A stretch of 64,000 nt of DNA, taken from the human T2T-CHM13v2.0 reference genome, Homo sapiens. This document shows, piece after piece, positions 15,429 to 30,410 of the stretch (the first letter of the stretch is position 1; each line of letters starts with the position of its first letter). Where the stretch lies: NCBI RefSeq assembly GCF_009914755.1, contig NC_060933.1; one strand, given 5' to 3'. The position numbers were made by a program, and so were the translations under genes. A model generated the notes under the pieces. It saw only the letters and a program-made list of their open reading frames with translations. It searched no databases and was not told the DNA's origin.

Positions 15429-16033
15429 TCAGCATTTGTGATATTTATTCCTTCTGTTTAGTTATTTGCCTCTAGATTGAAGCATTCAAAACAGAAAATT
15501 ATATTCAGAGTAAAAACTCTTAGCTGGATAATGGAACCTATCATTTTAAGTTTTTCCTATATTTCCTAAAAATACCTATATTAGGTATATTTTTTCCAAT
15601 ATTACTCCTTATCTTTACCTTAGTTCCCTTTCATTTTTGATTGTCATTGTGCTCTCAGCTACACCTGAAAATTTCTCTGATTTTTCCCAAGTTGGGAAAT
15701 TAATCCACTTTAAATTCCATTAAAGTTTGAAACTCTTTTTCCATTGTCTTGTGGTTTTATTTGTACATTTTAATTTACTGTAATTTTAAAATGTCTCTTT
15801 CTAGTTTTGACAAATGTCATACTTTTCCTTGGAAAATTAACATCTACCAAAAAATTACTTCTTAAGCTACATTTATATATCATATATATATATAGTTCTT
15901 AATAGTAAATAAAGATATTTGGTTAATAACAGATTTACACATTTTCTAAAGCTGCTCTAAACAAATGTATAAATATGAACTAAGTATAGTGATTTAGATG
16001 GGGGGGAAGTTTACAAGAAGATGGCAAGAAATA

Positions 16034-16327
<294 letters not shown>

Positions 16328-17161
16328 GATGGCAAGAAATAAACCCAAAACGGTCATTTCCGAGACTCACAGGTTATTACCAAAATCTATATGTATAAAT
16401 AAATTCTTGTTTCCATTTTAAATTATGCTATTTTATATATTTTCTTCATACATAGAGATAAAATGCACAAAATAAAGATATAGCATGTAAATCTGAAATA
16501 AATTTGCTGTTCTGAAGATGTAGAATGATTATTAAAGGTAAGTGAGATGCTTAAAATTTCATAACCTGGAATGAGAGATAAACAAAAAAAATAAGTGGTT
16601 GACAGAGGACTACTTACAGTTATGGCCTCAGCCTCTTAATATTATTTTCAGTTAATACAATTCAGACAGAAGCAGAAATTTTTAATTTAGACCACAGAAA
16701 CAAATCAAATGGCATAAAACAAATGTCATACAAAATAATTATTGAATGTCATGGCAAGTAAAAATTTTATGAGGCTCTGAATTGACTCCGACTTAAATAA
16801 ACACAGGAGGATATAGAAAAGGGAAGTCCAAGAGAAAGTGATCAGCACATAATTATTATAAAAGAAGGGCAGACTTTCAAATAATTGCCATGCCATGAAG
16901 TAATTTCCATTATTTCACAAACATTTAATTAATGTTTTCCCTAGCATGACGATAGGCCTATAATGACTGCCTCTTATACACTGTTATTTTGTTTGGGCTA
17001 GACAGTAATTATGAGAGGTAAAGTTTCACCCAACATGATAAAAGTTTATTCAGCTGAAATTAAATAAGGATGCTGTTAAAGACTTGCTTCTGGAAAATGC
17101 CAAAGCCGAGAATGTCTAGACAAATCTTGAAAGAACACGTAATTTTCTGTAATTTTACACA

Positions 17162-17180
17162 TGTACAGCAGAGGGCACTA
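17162..17180 (+). promoter_or_regulatory. Candidate CTCF site
   Basis: TGTACAGCAGAGGGCACTA fits the CTCF core (TGGCCACCAGGGGGCGCTA-type); motif only. Confidence 0.5.
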
Positions 17181-19497
17181 ATATAATTATAGTAGTTAGT
17201 CCTTATGGGAGTAATTATCTGTGAATCTGGGATTCACCGGAAGTAGTAAACTAGAAAGTTTTTCTCATCTTTATCGATGAATAGTTTCCTCCTATCTAAA
17301 TAGGGAAATTCTGTGCATGAAATTTACTTAATTTTTATAGCTGAAGGGCCATAATAATAGAGAGTTAATGTTGATTATTCCCTAAGAAATCAACAACACA
17401 ATGAGTGATCTTTGAGCATCATAAACCAGCTTCCTCAGAAGGCCAATAACACTCTATCAACTTTTCTCCCTCTTCCTCTTGCTCTCACGTAGCTACACTC
17501 ACCTAGCTACATTTTCTCCCAAAACACCATCCCAGAAATCTGAAAGTGGAAAAACTTTTGGCTATGTTAGCAGCTTTTTATGATACAGTTGAAGCACTGT
17601 TTGTAATGATCTCCACGAGGTGATGGAAACTTTGAGACAAGTGGAAAAGAAAAAGACCAACAATTTGCTGTTACAAAAGAATGAGAAAGCTAACCAAAAT
17701 CATACTCAAAAATGTTGTTTCATCACAAAGTGGGAGAACAGATGGTCAAAACAGTTTCTCATTTTCCGGGTTAAATTAATAGAAAAATTGCTACACTATG
17801 CAAAGCATAGAGTGTGTATCATAGAGAAAATTATCCCTTGATATATTAATTTAAGTGTACTAGATGCATGGTAATACAGATGTGACCACAGCAAGTGCCT
17901 TGCTTTCCAGAGCTGAAAGTCTAGTGGTAGAGAGCAGACGTACTAACACATACTCACTTATAAATTAGGTAAAATGTGGTGAGTCCTGAGAGTGTGGGGA
18001 ATAAAGTATGGCTCTGGGAACCTCTAGGAGCCAGAAAGGGCCTGCAGAAACAACGACATTTAAATTGGGCTTTAAAGAATGGGTAGGCATTTTATTAGCT
18101 AAAGAAGTGGTGAAAAAATCTACCAGGAAGGTAGAAATTGCTCGTGCCAAGGCTTAGAGGCATGAAAGGCTAATCCCAAAATAAACACATCTCTAGTTTT
18201 CAAGGGAACATCCAACTGGAAGCCACGATTGTATATTAGGTAGAAAGTAATTTTATTATGCTATTAAAGTAATTCACTGTGGATGCTTAAGAAATTTAAA
18301 AGGGGAGTTAGCTTTGAATTTTAACAGAAGACTTTGTTATTCCCAGAGTGTCTTTAATTGTATGTGGGTATATGGAAGTAGGGAGAGTATTTGTTTCAAT
18401 GCTTGCTTTTTACTACAGCATTTTCCTATTTTGAGAAGCTGACAGGAGTCAGGAACTTGGCAGCTTGTTTCTGAAAGATTGTTGCTCTTGATTCTAGAAA
18501 TTTCTGATTACTAGTGCTTAGCTGGTGTTATGGTACATCGACTCTGGGAAACATTTTATTTTATAACCAGAAATTGTAGAGGTAATATATATTATTTTTG
18601 TTTGTTTTTTATTCTGGTTACTGCATTACTGTTGAAAAATTAGTTATGGTCAGTTATACGGTCAGAAGCAAGTGTCCTAAGATGGTGAAAATGAGAACTA
18701 TTTTGAGATCAAGAATTACTATGGAGCCAATTACACATATGATTATGGCCTGTGCATATTTAAGGGCCTATGAAAATATTTGAGACCTGAAAAATAATTT
18801 ATTGGCCTTGAAATACTAAAAAGTGGCAAAATAAAAAGTAATATATATCTAATTAAGTGTTCATAAATACGACTAACCACTTAGCTTCATCTTAATCCTT
18901 TCCTAGCTATCTTAAACATTTTAATGTGCGATCTAATGCATTTTGTATGTTTGATGTGGTAAGGCCTCTAAAATTAAATGGTCTTCAAGCTCTTCATATT
19001 TATATATCTCTGCTCATTCTATTCATTGCATCCATATCATTTTACATTTCCATACTGTTCCAGGAATCCTAAATTACAAGTATCTACCCAATTGTTTCTA
19101 GGGAGACAGCAGGAGACCGCTCCTGTCACAGAAGCCACAGGCCCCAACACTTGGCCTTGATCCCATTTCATTTTTGTTAGTGGGGGCTGGTTAACAGTAA
19201 CCCAGTTCCCTATGACACTGCTTAGCCCAGGAATCATGTCTGTTTCTGGGAGGTCAAAGAACCAAGAAATGTCAATGAATCATATTTCAGTTTACAGATA
19301 AATTTTAAGTTATTTCATAGGAGATATACATCAGTTGCCAACTTACATGTTACCTACAATATGTTTCTTTTAAATTTGCTTTCTAAAGCTTAGAATTCAA
19401 TGAAACGTATTACATGTTTTTTGTAATCGAAACGTGTTACAAATCATTAGTAATTTTTTAGTTTGACCCACAAAATCTCATGGATACATAATATATC

Positions 19498-20615
19498 TGT
19501 ATTAGGGTTCTCTAAAGGGACAGAACAAATAGGAGATCTATCTATCTATATCTATATCTATCTATAGATATATCTATGAATCTATAGATGTAGATATATC
19601 TATAAATAATAGCTATAGATATATAGATATATACAGATATGTAGATATATATCTATAAATAATAGATATCTATAATAGATATATATCTATAAATAATAGA
19701 TATCTATAATAGATAGATATATATCTATAAATAACAGATATATAAATAACAGATATATATAATATATATATAATATATAATATATATAATATATATTATA
19801 TATATATAATATATATATTATAATATATATAATATATATATAATATATATCTATAAATAATAGATATCTATAATAGATATATATCTATAAATAATAGATA
19901 TCTATAATAGATAGATATATATCTATAAATAACAGATATATATAAATAACAGATATATATAATATATATATAATATATAATATATATAATATATATTATA
20001 TATCTATAACTTATAGACATCTAGCTATTATGGATATCTATTATTTATAGATATATATCTATATATCTATATATGTCTATTATCTATGTATAGATAGATA
20101 TCTGTCTATAAATATAGATATCTATCTATAATTATAGATAGATATCTATAAATAATTATATATCTATAATTTATAGATATATATCTAAAAATTATAGATA
20201 TAGATATAGATAGATATAGATATATAAAGTGGAGTTTATTAAGTATTAACTCACATGATCACAAGGTCCCACACTAGGCTTCTGCAAGCTGAGCAGCAAG
20301 AAAAGCCAGTCTGGGTCTCAAAACTGAAGAACTTGGAGTTCGATATTCCAGGGCAGGAAGCATCCAGCAGAGGACAAAGATGAGACTGGGAAGCTAGGCC
20401 CATTTAGTCTTTTCACGTTTTTCTGCCTGCTTTATATTCTGGTCACGCTGGCAGCTGATTAGGTAGTGCCCACCCAGAGTAAGGGTGGGTCTGCCTTTCC
20501 CAGCCCACTGACTCAAATGCTAATCTCCTTTGGCAACACCCTCACAGACACACCGAGGATCAATATTTTGCATCCTTCAAACCAGTCAAGTTGACACTCA
20601 GTATTAACCTTCACA
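19498..20615 (-). mobile_element. MLT2A1/A2 (HERVL) solo LTR with large internal AT expansion
   Basis: tgtattagggttctctaaagggacagaac ... ggagtttattaagtattaactcacatgatcacaaggtccc ... aagttgacactcagtattaaccttcaca; 5-bp TSD atatc/atacc. Confidence 0.9.
19535..20226. repeat. Complex (TA)/(TAGA)/(TCTA) low-complexity array, ~690 bp, with ~200-bp internal duplication
   Basis: Read directly; block ~19645-19802 recurs at ~19845-20002. Confidence 0.95.
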
Positions 20616-20659
20616 ATACCTAATTTATTTTAACCACAATTTCAACATTGTTTAAAATA

Positions 20660-21199
20660 TAGTTTCTCCCAAAATAATTAAAAGCAGAGGCTGAAACAGC
20701 TACTTAAACACCAATGTTCATAGCAGCATTATATGCAATAGGCAAAAGATGAAAACAACCCAAATGTCCATCAGCAGGTGAGTGGACAGAGAAAATGTAG
20801 TGTATAAGATAATGAAATGTTATTCAACCTTATAAAAGATTGAAATTCTGATGCATGCTACAATGTGGATGAACTTTGAAAATATTATGCCAAGTGAAAT
20901 ACATCATACATCAAAAGACAAATATTTCATAATTCTTCAAACATAAGGTACCTGGAATAGACAAATTCAAAGGGGCAGTAAGTATAAAACAGTAGGGGTT
21001 GGAGAAAGAGGGTAATGGAGAGTTAATGTTTAATGGATAGAGAGTTTCTATTTGGAATGATGAAAAAGTTCTGGAAATTGATCCTGGTGATGGCTACACA
21101 ATATTGTGGATATATTTAATACTACTGAGTTGCACACTTAAAAACGGTTAAAATTGTGAATTTTATATTAGATATGTATCCTACCACAGTAAAAAAAAA
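20660..21199 (+). mobile_element. L1MB-like 3' end
   Basis: aatgttcatagcagcatt...aacaacccaaatgtccatc...cacttaaaaacggttaaaattgtgaatttt...A9. Confidence 0.8.
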
Positions 21200-21723
21200 T
21201 AGTTCCCAAAAAATAAACTCTTTCTTGATTTCCATCTCCAAAAACCAGGAGCCTAGCTTCTCAAATATGGAACAGGGAAAGATGCTTCCAGCAATTGCAG
21301 TGATAGTAGGGTTTGGTATGAAAAAGAATTTTACATTTTTCTAATTCTGTGTGTTTAAAGAAAATGTAATAAGTTACACCAGAATTAGAGTTCATACTTT
21401 ATAAGCTTGGCATCCAGAGCCATGCCCCATGCTAGCCCTTCAGTTTCCTTTCCCAGTACCCTCTGCTTCTCTCCCCAACATCACTAACACTGTAAGAAAG
21501 AGTGGTTGCTCCTACCTGATTAAGTGGGAAGGGCAGGAAAAATGGAGTAATGGGAAAGCAAGGCTATGGCCAGAACAACATGGGAGCTGTGATTTGAAAG
21601 AGTGAACTGCCCCTGCTTTTATTGTTTGTTTAGTGTGGGAAAGATGGAGGCAAAATCATGAATTAGAAGAATTTTAAGTAAAATTTATCTGACTGTGTGT
21701 GTTTGATACTATTGGTTTCCAAC

Positions 21724-22190
21724 TGTAGCAGACACTTTAGGCTATCTTGCTAATATGGCCTGTCTTCCTCTTTCTTATTAAGAGAACACTAATTTTTGTT
21801 TGGGATCATAATGTGTTCACTTAAAAAAAACTTGCTTTTCCATCTCTCTTTCAATTAGGTGTGGCCCGATAATGTAGTTTGGTCAGTGAGATATAAGTGG
21901 AAATCTAGAGAATTTGGGGAAAGCTTTTGCTTTTATGATATGAGTACATGCCCTTCCTCTTCCCCTTTGTTTAGCCAGTCATGAAGGTGTAATCCTAACA
22001 GTTATAACAACTTTTTTTCATTAAGATGGAAGTCATTTGCTCAGTTCAGTGGAGTAGGAATTTAGAAGGAGCCAGCCGGTGTTCTTTGTGATGTTGAGTA
22101 GTGTGGATTCCCTAAATCTGGGCTTCTTGTAAGGTGAGAAAATAAACACCTATGTGTTTAAGCTACTAGTAAGTAGAAGTCGCATGCATC
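21724..22190 (+). mobile_element. LTR33-like (ERVL) LTR
   Basis: tgtagcagacact...agaacactaatttttgtt...tggtcagtgagatataagtggaa...gagaaaataaacacctatgtgtttaagc. Confidence 0.55.
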
Positions 22191-22442
22191 TATTGGGGAA
22201 GGGCAGAAATTCCAGATGGAAGGAACAGAATCCCAGAGATCAGAAGTAATGGCCATGTAGGGTAGAGGGTAGGGCTGTAAAGTAAGTGGTTTATTTTGGT
22301 TGCAGCATAGAGTATGGAAGAGAAAGTAGGTGTAAATAATATTAAAAAACAGTGTTGAGTCAGAAAGTAGTAGAAGGCCTGACATACTAGTTTAAATAAT
22401 TGGATTTTGTTATGAAGGCAACAAGGAACCACAGAAGGTTTC

Positions 22443-22805
22443 TGTATTAGTCGTTCTTATGCTGCTGTGAAGAAATACCTGAGACTGGATAATTTATAAA
22501 GAAAAGAGGTTCAATTGACTCACAGTTCTGCATGGCTGGGAAGGCCTCAGGAAACTTACAATCATGGCACAAGGCACCTCTTCACGGGGTGGCAGGGGAG
22601 AGAATGAGTGCTAGCAGGGGAAATGCCAGATGCTTATAAAACCATCAAATCTCGTGAGAACTCACTCGCTATCACAAGAACAGCATGGGAGAAACTGCCC
22701 CCATGATTCAATTACCTCCCACCAGGTCCCTCCCACAACACGTGGGGATTATGGGAACTAAAATTCAAGATGAGATTTGGGTGGGGACACAGCCAACCTG
22801 GATCA
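22443..22805 (-). mobile_element. THE1D-like MaLR solo LTR
   Basis: tgtattagtcgttcttatgctgct...gagatttgggtggggacacagccaac...tca; TSD gtttc/gtctc. Confidence 0.9.
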
Positions 22806-23179
22806 GTCTCTGTTTTGCAGAGTGCCATGCTGAGAGCTGTGCTTAGTTAAGCAAGGATTGGCTGTAGTAGTTCAGTTGGGTGAGAACAAGACTATTTTAG
22901 TAATCTAGGTTAGAATGAATGAAGGTCTGAACTGGGGCAGAGGTAGTAGGAATAGATGGGAAGTGTGAGTAGTGGGCAAAATATTTAAGGCAAAGTGGAC
23001 AGATACTGATATGTGGAGTGAATGGAGGGAGTCTTCCTACTTCTGACTTTCATATTTTGATAATTGAATAGAAAATATACAGGTTGGCTTGGCATCCTGA
23101 TTTCTTTCTTTTAGAATAAAATGAGAAAAAGATATTATAGTTGAAGATTTCTTTCTAAAGACCGAAACCCTGATATATG

Positions 23180-23182
<3 letters not shown>

Positions 23183-23220
<38 letters not shown>

Positions 23221-23488
23221 AGACGGAGTCTCGCTGTGTTTGTGTTGCCCAGCCTGGAGTGCAGTGGCGCGATCTCAGCTCACTGCAAGCTCCGCCTCCC
23301 GGGTTCTGCCTCCTGAGTAGCTGGGACTACAGGCGCCCACCACTACGCCTGGCTAATTTTTTGTACTTTTAGTAGAGACAGGGTTTCACAGTGTTAGCCA
23401 GGATGGTCTTGATCTCCTGACCTCGTGATCCGCCCGCCTCAGCCTCCCAGAGTGCTGGGATTACAGGCGTGAGCCACCGTGCCCAGCC
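23183..23488 (-). mobile_element. AluY with T37 tail and short internal deletion
   Basis: cactgcaagctccgcctcccggg; gtgttagccaggatgg; TSD gatatatggccttt. Confidence 0.92.
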
Positions 23489-25508
23489 GATATATGGCCT
23501 TTATTTGTCTTCCTCCTGATTTCAAAATTACCTTGGTCAAGATTTTAATGAAACAAATCCTTTGGAACATAGACTACAAGAGGTTAGAGATGTTTTCTTC
23601 ACTGCTGTTTCTGCAGCACCTAGAAGAGTGCCTGGCACATAGTAGGCCTTAAAAAAGTGTTTGTTGAATAAATTAATGAATGGATTATTCATTATCTTTG
23701 GAAATTTCTTAGAAATGCAGTTGTTTTTTATTTAATGATATTAGTGATTTTTAGGTCAGAAAAGGACTCAAAGGATTGCCTGACCTAGTCTGTTCATTTT
23801 AAACAAAAGGAACTGGATTCACAGGGAATTATGGTATACAGATGTCGTAGTTTTGCTTGTGTATATGTGTTATATTTCTAGGGACCAGTAAACCAAAAAG
23901 AGAAAATAATCAATACCTATGTGCCCATTCTGTTTAGGACCATCTTCGAATTAATAAGTACATATTTCTTAGCTTCTGTATTTCTAATACTGTTGAAAAT
24001 GTGATAGGACATTTTAAAAGGAGACTGAGACCTGATCCTCATCTTCAAAGAAATTACAGTTTAGTTAAGGAGGTAAGATTAAGGCATATGAAATATCTAT
24101 AATGCAATCAAGAACTATAATTGGGTAGGAATGGGTAGGTGAGTTCAGGAAAGGGAGCGATTAATGTGTCTTACAGACTGTTCTGTGAAAATTTTAAAAA
24201 TATATTTATATAAGAACATAGAATGATGACATTTATCAAATAACAAGCTAGCACGATAGCTAGCTTAATAATGCTTAATAAGAATTTAATTATAGCTAAT
24301 ATTTATTGAGCATCTGCTATGAAACAGGGAAACAATAAAACAGTATTTACTGACTTTGTTGCTTTTGATCCATAATGCCCCATTAAGCTTGTTTTAATCC
24401 TTATTTTTAGGTTAGGTAATGTTCAAAATGTTAAATAATAGATAAGTCATGAGTCCATGCTTCAAATTCAGATTTAGGCTCTTACCTACTACTACATCAC
24501 ACTGCCTCGATAGCTTTAAAAAGGATAAATGTAACCTTCTACATTTATATATTTAGTATGAAGCACCTCATCCTTTTGGAGTACAAATATGGTCACTTAT
24601 CCTTATGATAATCAAAGTAAATATTCAAGACCCCATCAGCACAATTAACAAGATGCTCATTCTCTGTTTTGAAGCTTCCCCCTTCTGTTGTCTAGAGTCT
24701 AATTCTGACTAAAGAGGCTCATTATGATTCCAACAGCAAGAGGAGAAGAGGTCTGGAGATGTTCCTATTTTGAAAGTTCTAATTTCCAACTGTCATTGCT
24801 TCCATGGCAGCTTTGTCTATGGCTGAGAACTGACCCTGCACAGTTGGATGCAACTTTCTTGTCTGAAGTAGTAATGGCACCCTTACTGGTACAGAACCCT
24901 ACACAGATCACATCCATTCTCTTTAGGGGGAGATTATCCCACACTCTCCAGCTGCATGCTGGACCAAGTACAGTTACCCTCGAACTTCCAAGTTTACAGC
25001 TCTTTGGTTTACATTCAACTGCTCAGTCATTGTCCTCAAACAGATATGGGGAAAGTTAATTGACAAACAAGTAAGCAACTTAACAAACAACAACATAGAG
25101 AACGTAATAGGTGCTAAAAAGGAAAGAAAAGGGTGATGTGACGGAGACTATCTGGGCAGGTACTACTTTCATTAAGTCAGTTAAGGGGGGCCCTCTGAAG
25201 AGGTAGAATGTGAGCTGAAATCTATAAGATGAGAAGGAATCAACTATTCAGAAAGTCTACGGTGTGAATGGAAAATACAAAACACCAGAGGTACAAAGTT
25301 GCTTGGTATGTTCGGTGACAAGAGTCAACTTGAATTTCCAGTGTAAGTCATGCACTATGATCAAAACTGGCCCTCACTCTACAAGCTCTTTCAGTCAAGT
25401 ACTCTATCTGGGCTACTAACCCAGACTTTCCCTTCTCTCATGGGCCCATTTCTACCCCTCGGCCTCAGTCAGGACCATCTCAGTTCACTAGATCTAAAAC
25501 AATGTTTA

Positions 25509-25813
25509 GACCAAGTGCGGTGGCTCACATCTGTCCCAGCACTTTGAGAGGCCAAGGCAGAAGGATTGCTTGAATCCAGGAGTTCAAGAGCAGCCTGAGT
25601 AACATGTCGAGACCTCATCTCTATAAAAAATCCAAGAGTTAGCCAGGTGTGGTGGCACGTGCCTGTGGTTCCAGCTACTCAGGAGGCTGAGATGGGAGGA
25701 TTGCTTGAGCCTGGGAGGTTGTGGCTTCAGTAAGCCGTGATCGCACCACACCTCTGCACTCCAGCCTGGGTGACAGAGTGAGACCCTGTCTCAACAACAA
25801 CAACAACAACAAA
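25509..25813 (+). mobile_element. AluJ with (CAA)n tail
   Basis: aggattgcttgaatccaggagttcaag; TSD taaaacaatgtt. Confidence 0.9.
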
Positions 25814-25929
25814 TAAAACAATGTTAAGTCTCCAAGAAGAAGAGGACTTGATGCCTTTCCTTAAAAACACTATGGGTCTCATGCATATTTATCTAACTGC
25901 TATATACCTGTGAGTTCTACACACCTTAC

Positions 25930-27255
25930 CACACATATGCTGATGACTTCCAAATGTATATTTTGAGATCAGAATCTCTTCCAAGAAGTTCATGTTTGTG
26001 TGTTATTTTGCCTACTCAACATCCGTAATTAGAAGTCTCTTAACAGTTCAAATTCGGTATATCTCACAGGGAACTTTTTTTTTTTTTTTTTTTTTTGAGA
26101 CAGGGTCTTGCTGTATAACCCAGGCTGGAGTGCAGTGGCTCAATCTCAGCTCACTGCAGTCTCCACCTCCTGGGTTCAAGTGATTCTTTTGCCTCAGCCT
26201 CCTGAGTAACTGGGACTACAGGCACATGCCACCACACCCAGCTAGTTTTAGTATTTTTAGTACAGACGGGGTTTCACCATGCTGGCCAGGCTGGTCTTGA
26301 ACTCCTGACCTTAGGTGATCTGCCAGTGCTGGCCTCCCAAGGTGCTGGGATTACAGGCGTGAGCCACCGTGCCTGGCCTCAAAGGGAACTATTGATTCCC
26401 TGCTTCTAATCCTGTTTATCCAATAGTCTTCACCATCTCAATTTATGGTACCTTCAACTATTCAGATTCCCAAACCAAACTCTGGCAGTCAGAGCAGATA
26501 CTTCCTTTGCCCTCTTCTTTCACACCCAATCCATCAATAAGTCCCATCAGCTTAACCTTTGTAATCCATCCTGAATACCATCAATCTCTCTTTTCCCTCT
26601 GCAAACACCCTGGTCCAAGCCATCATTACCTCTTGCTTGGACTGGTCTTCCTGCTTCTGTTCTCCTTCCCTTAACCCCAGAATCCATTCTCTCCACAGCA
26701 GAGTGGTTTTTCATTAATGTAGTGAAATAATATCTCTCCTCTGCTTAAAATCTTTCACTCATTTCCGATTAGTCTTAGAATAAAGTCCAAACTCATTCCT
26801 TCATCTTACACCACATTTCCTTTCACTTTTTCTGGTTCTAGCCATACTTACCTTTGTTCTGTTTTTAGAACATACCAAGCAACTTTGTACCTCTGGTGTT
26901 TTGTATTTTCCATCCACACCCTAGACTTTCTGAATAGTTGGTTCCTTGTCATCTTTCAGATTTCAGCTCACATTCTACCTCTTCAGAGGGCTCCCCCTTA
27001 ATTGACTTAATGAAAGTAGTACCTGCCCAGATAGTCTCCGTCACATCACCCTTTTCTTTCCTTTTTAGCACTTATTACATTTTCTATGTTGTTGTTTGTT
27101 AAGTTGCTTACTTGTTTGTCAATTAACTTTCCCCACATGAGTTCATGAAGGTAGGAACTGGTTGGCCTTGGCTTTTCTGTAACTCCAATGTTAAGCTCCT
27201 AGCACATATTAGGTATGCCACACATAATTTTATTAACTACTGACTAAGTAAATAA
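25930..27255 (+). mobile_element. L2 3' region
   Basis: tgctgatgacttccaaatg; caccctggtccaagccatcattacctc; ctcctctgcttaaaatc; cctagcacatattagg. Confidence 0.7.
26075..26378 (-). mobile_element. AluSx-like
   Basis: poly(T), full Alu; TSD tca(c/a)agggaact. Confidence 0.9.
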
Positions 27256-27310
27256 TTGTGTGACATCTTTTGTGCATCCCAGAAGCACAAAAGCATAGGA
27301 TATTTTTTGA

Positions 27311-27812
<502 letters not shown>

Positions 27813-28419
27813 CCAGGGGTAACCATCATTCCTTTTTCTTTAAACCCCAGGTCAGCTTCTTTATCTTATTTAAGTCTTTCAGCATGATTTATATTGGGGA
27901 TTTTCTTGTGGATCACAAAACTTGTTCCCTTGCCACGTGGGTATTTTATCCACTTGGGGATCAGCTTCTTTGAGATTGCAGGATAATAGGCATTTCCTGG
28001 GAAATGGCGTGTAAGAATGTGTTATCCCTCACAATCTATAAAGCGCTGCAGTGTTCAGATTTCACTCAACCTTTTGATTTATGTTCATACCTTCAATGTC
28101 CTTGTTGTCTGATAGTCTCCCAGATATCTCCATGGTGTGCTTCCCAGTCAGTTGAGGTGCTTGCTTAGATATTCTTTATTAGAAATGCTTTTCTTGACTA
28201 GTCTACCTAAAATGGCACCTTACCACTGTTATTACTCACTGTTCTTCCTTGCTTTTTAAAATATATAACATCACTAATTAACAATATATTTATCTGTTTA
28301 TGATATGTTTTCTCCTAGTAGAGTATAAGCTCTGCCAAAGCAAGAATTGTGACTGTTTTGTTCATTGCTGTATTCCTAGAAGTGTTCAATAAATACTTGT
28401 TAAAAGAGTTAAGGAATGA

Positions 28420-28873
<454 letters not shown>

Positions 28874-29704
28874 ACCAGGAACCGGTGTTTCTTAACAGTT
28901 TCATTTCCCACCAACAGTAGTTAGCATACTGCTACTATGTGATCAATTTATCTCAAATATTAATTTTGATATCTGATACTCCACAAAAACATTCTCTGTT
29001 CATAGCAAAGCACTGTCTACTAAAGTGAGATATTAGTAACTACCATGAGGAATGTCCATTAATTGCTGAAGGCAAGAATTTCTGTGGCTTATAGAAAGCT
29101 AGCTGGTAGACATTTATCAAGTGATTCCTGTGTTAGGGCACTGTGATAGGTATCATCAGTGATACAGAAAAAAAAAAGCATTTTCTTCCATGTAGGATCT
29201 TATAATCTCTAAATATATACAAATATAGAGCTACCAATCACATGTAAATGAAATGTGAGAAGAATTATACAATTATAAAAGAGATGCAAAATATAAAATT
29301 AATGCAAAAGACATTGAGTACCTATTATCTTGGAATATATAATATTTAGGATAATCAGAATTACCTAGTGTAGTCTAGACCTTCTGGAAACTGGGTTTAA
29401 TGAAGAATATGAAGATGATAAAGAAAGTACATAGACACATTCCCTTTGGTGCTTGTAGAGGGGTTTCTGTTTAAAAGCCTAACTCTTTGCCTAACTCTTG
29501 CCTGAATTCTTTTCCCTCTACTTTGTAGTGTGTGATTCACTTTTTCTATTTTGTGGGCTTGTTGTAAATTAATGTCCAACCAGCTTCCATGAGAACAACA
29601 TAAGAGTTGTTACTTTGAATCATTTATTGTCTATAATAGGATGCAATTTGGGCCGCATCCCAATTGTTGCTTATTAGACTACCTTGGCCTCTTGAGCTAG
29701 ATAT

Positions 29705-30410
<706 letters not shown>

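Noticed and set aside
24724-25059. 111-aa ORF in apparently unique sequence, plus an X-box-like gcttccatggcagc (24798-24811)
   Set aside because: No recognisable homology, no promoter or splice context; the motif has three mismatches.
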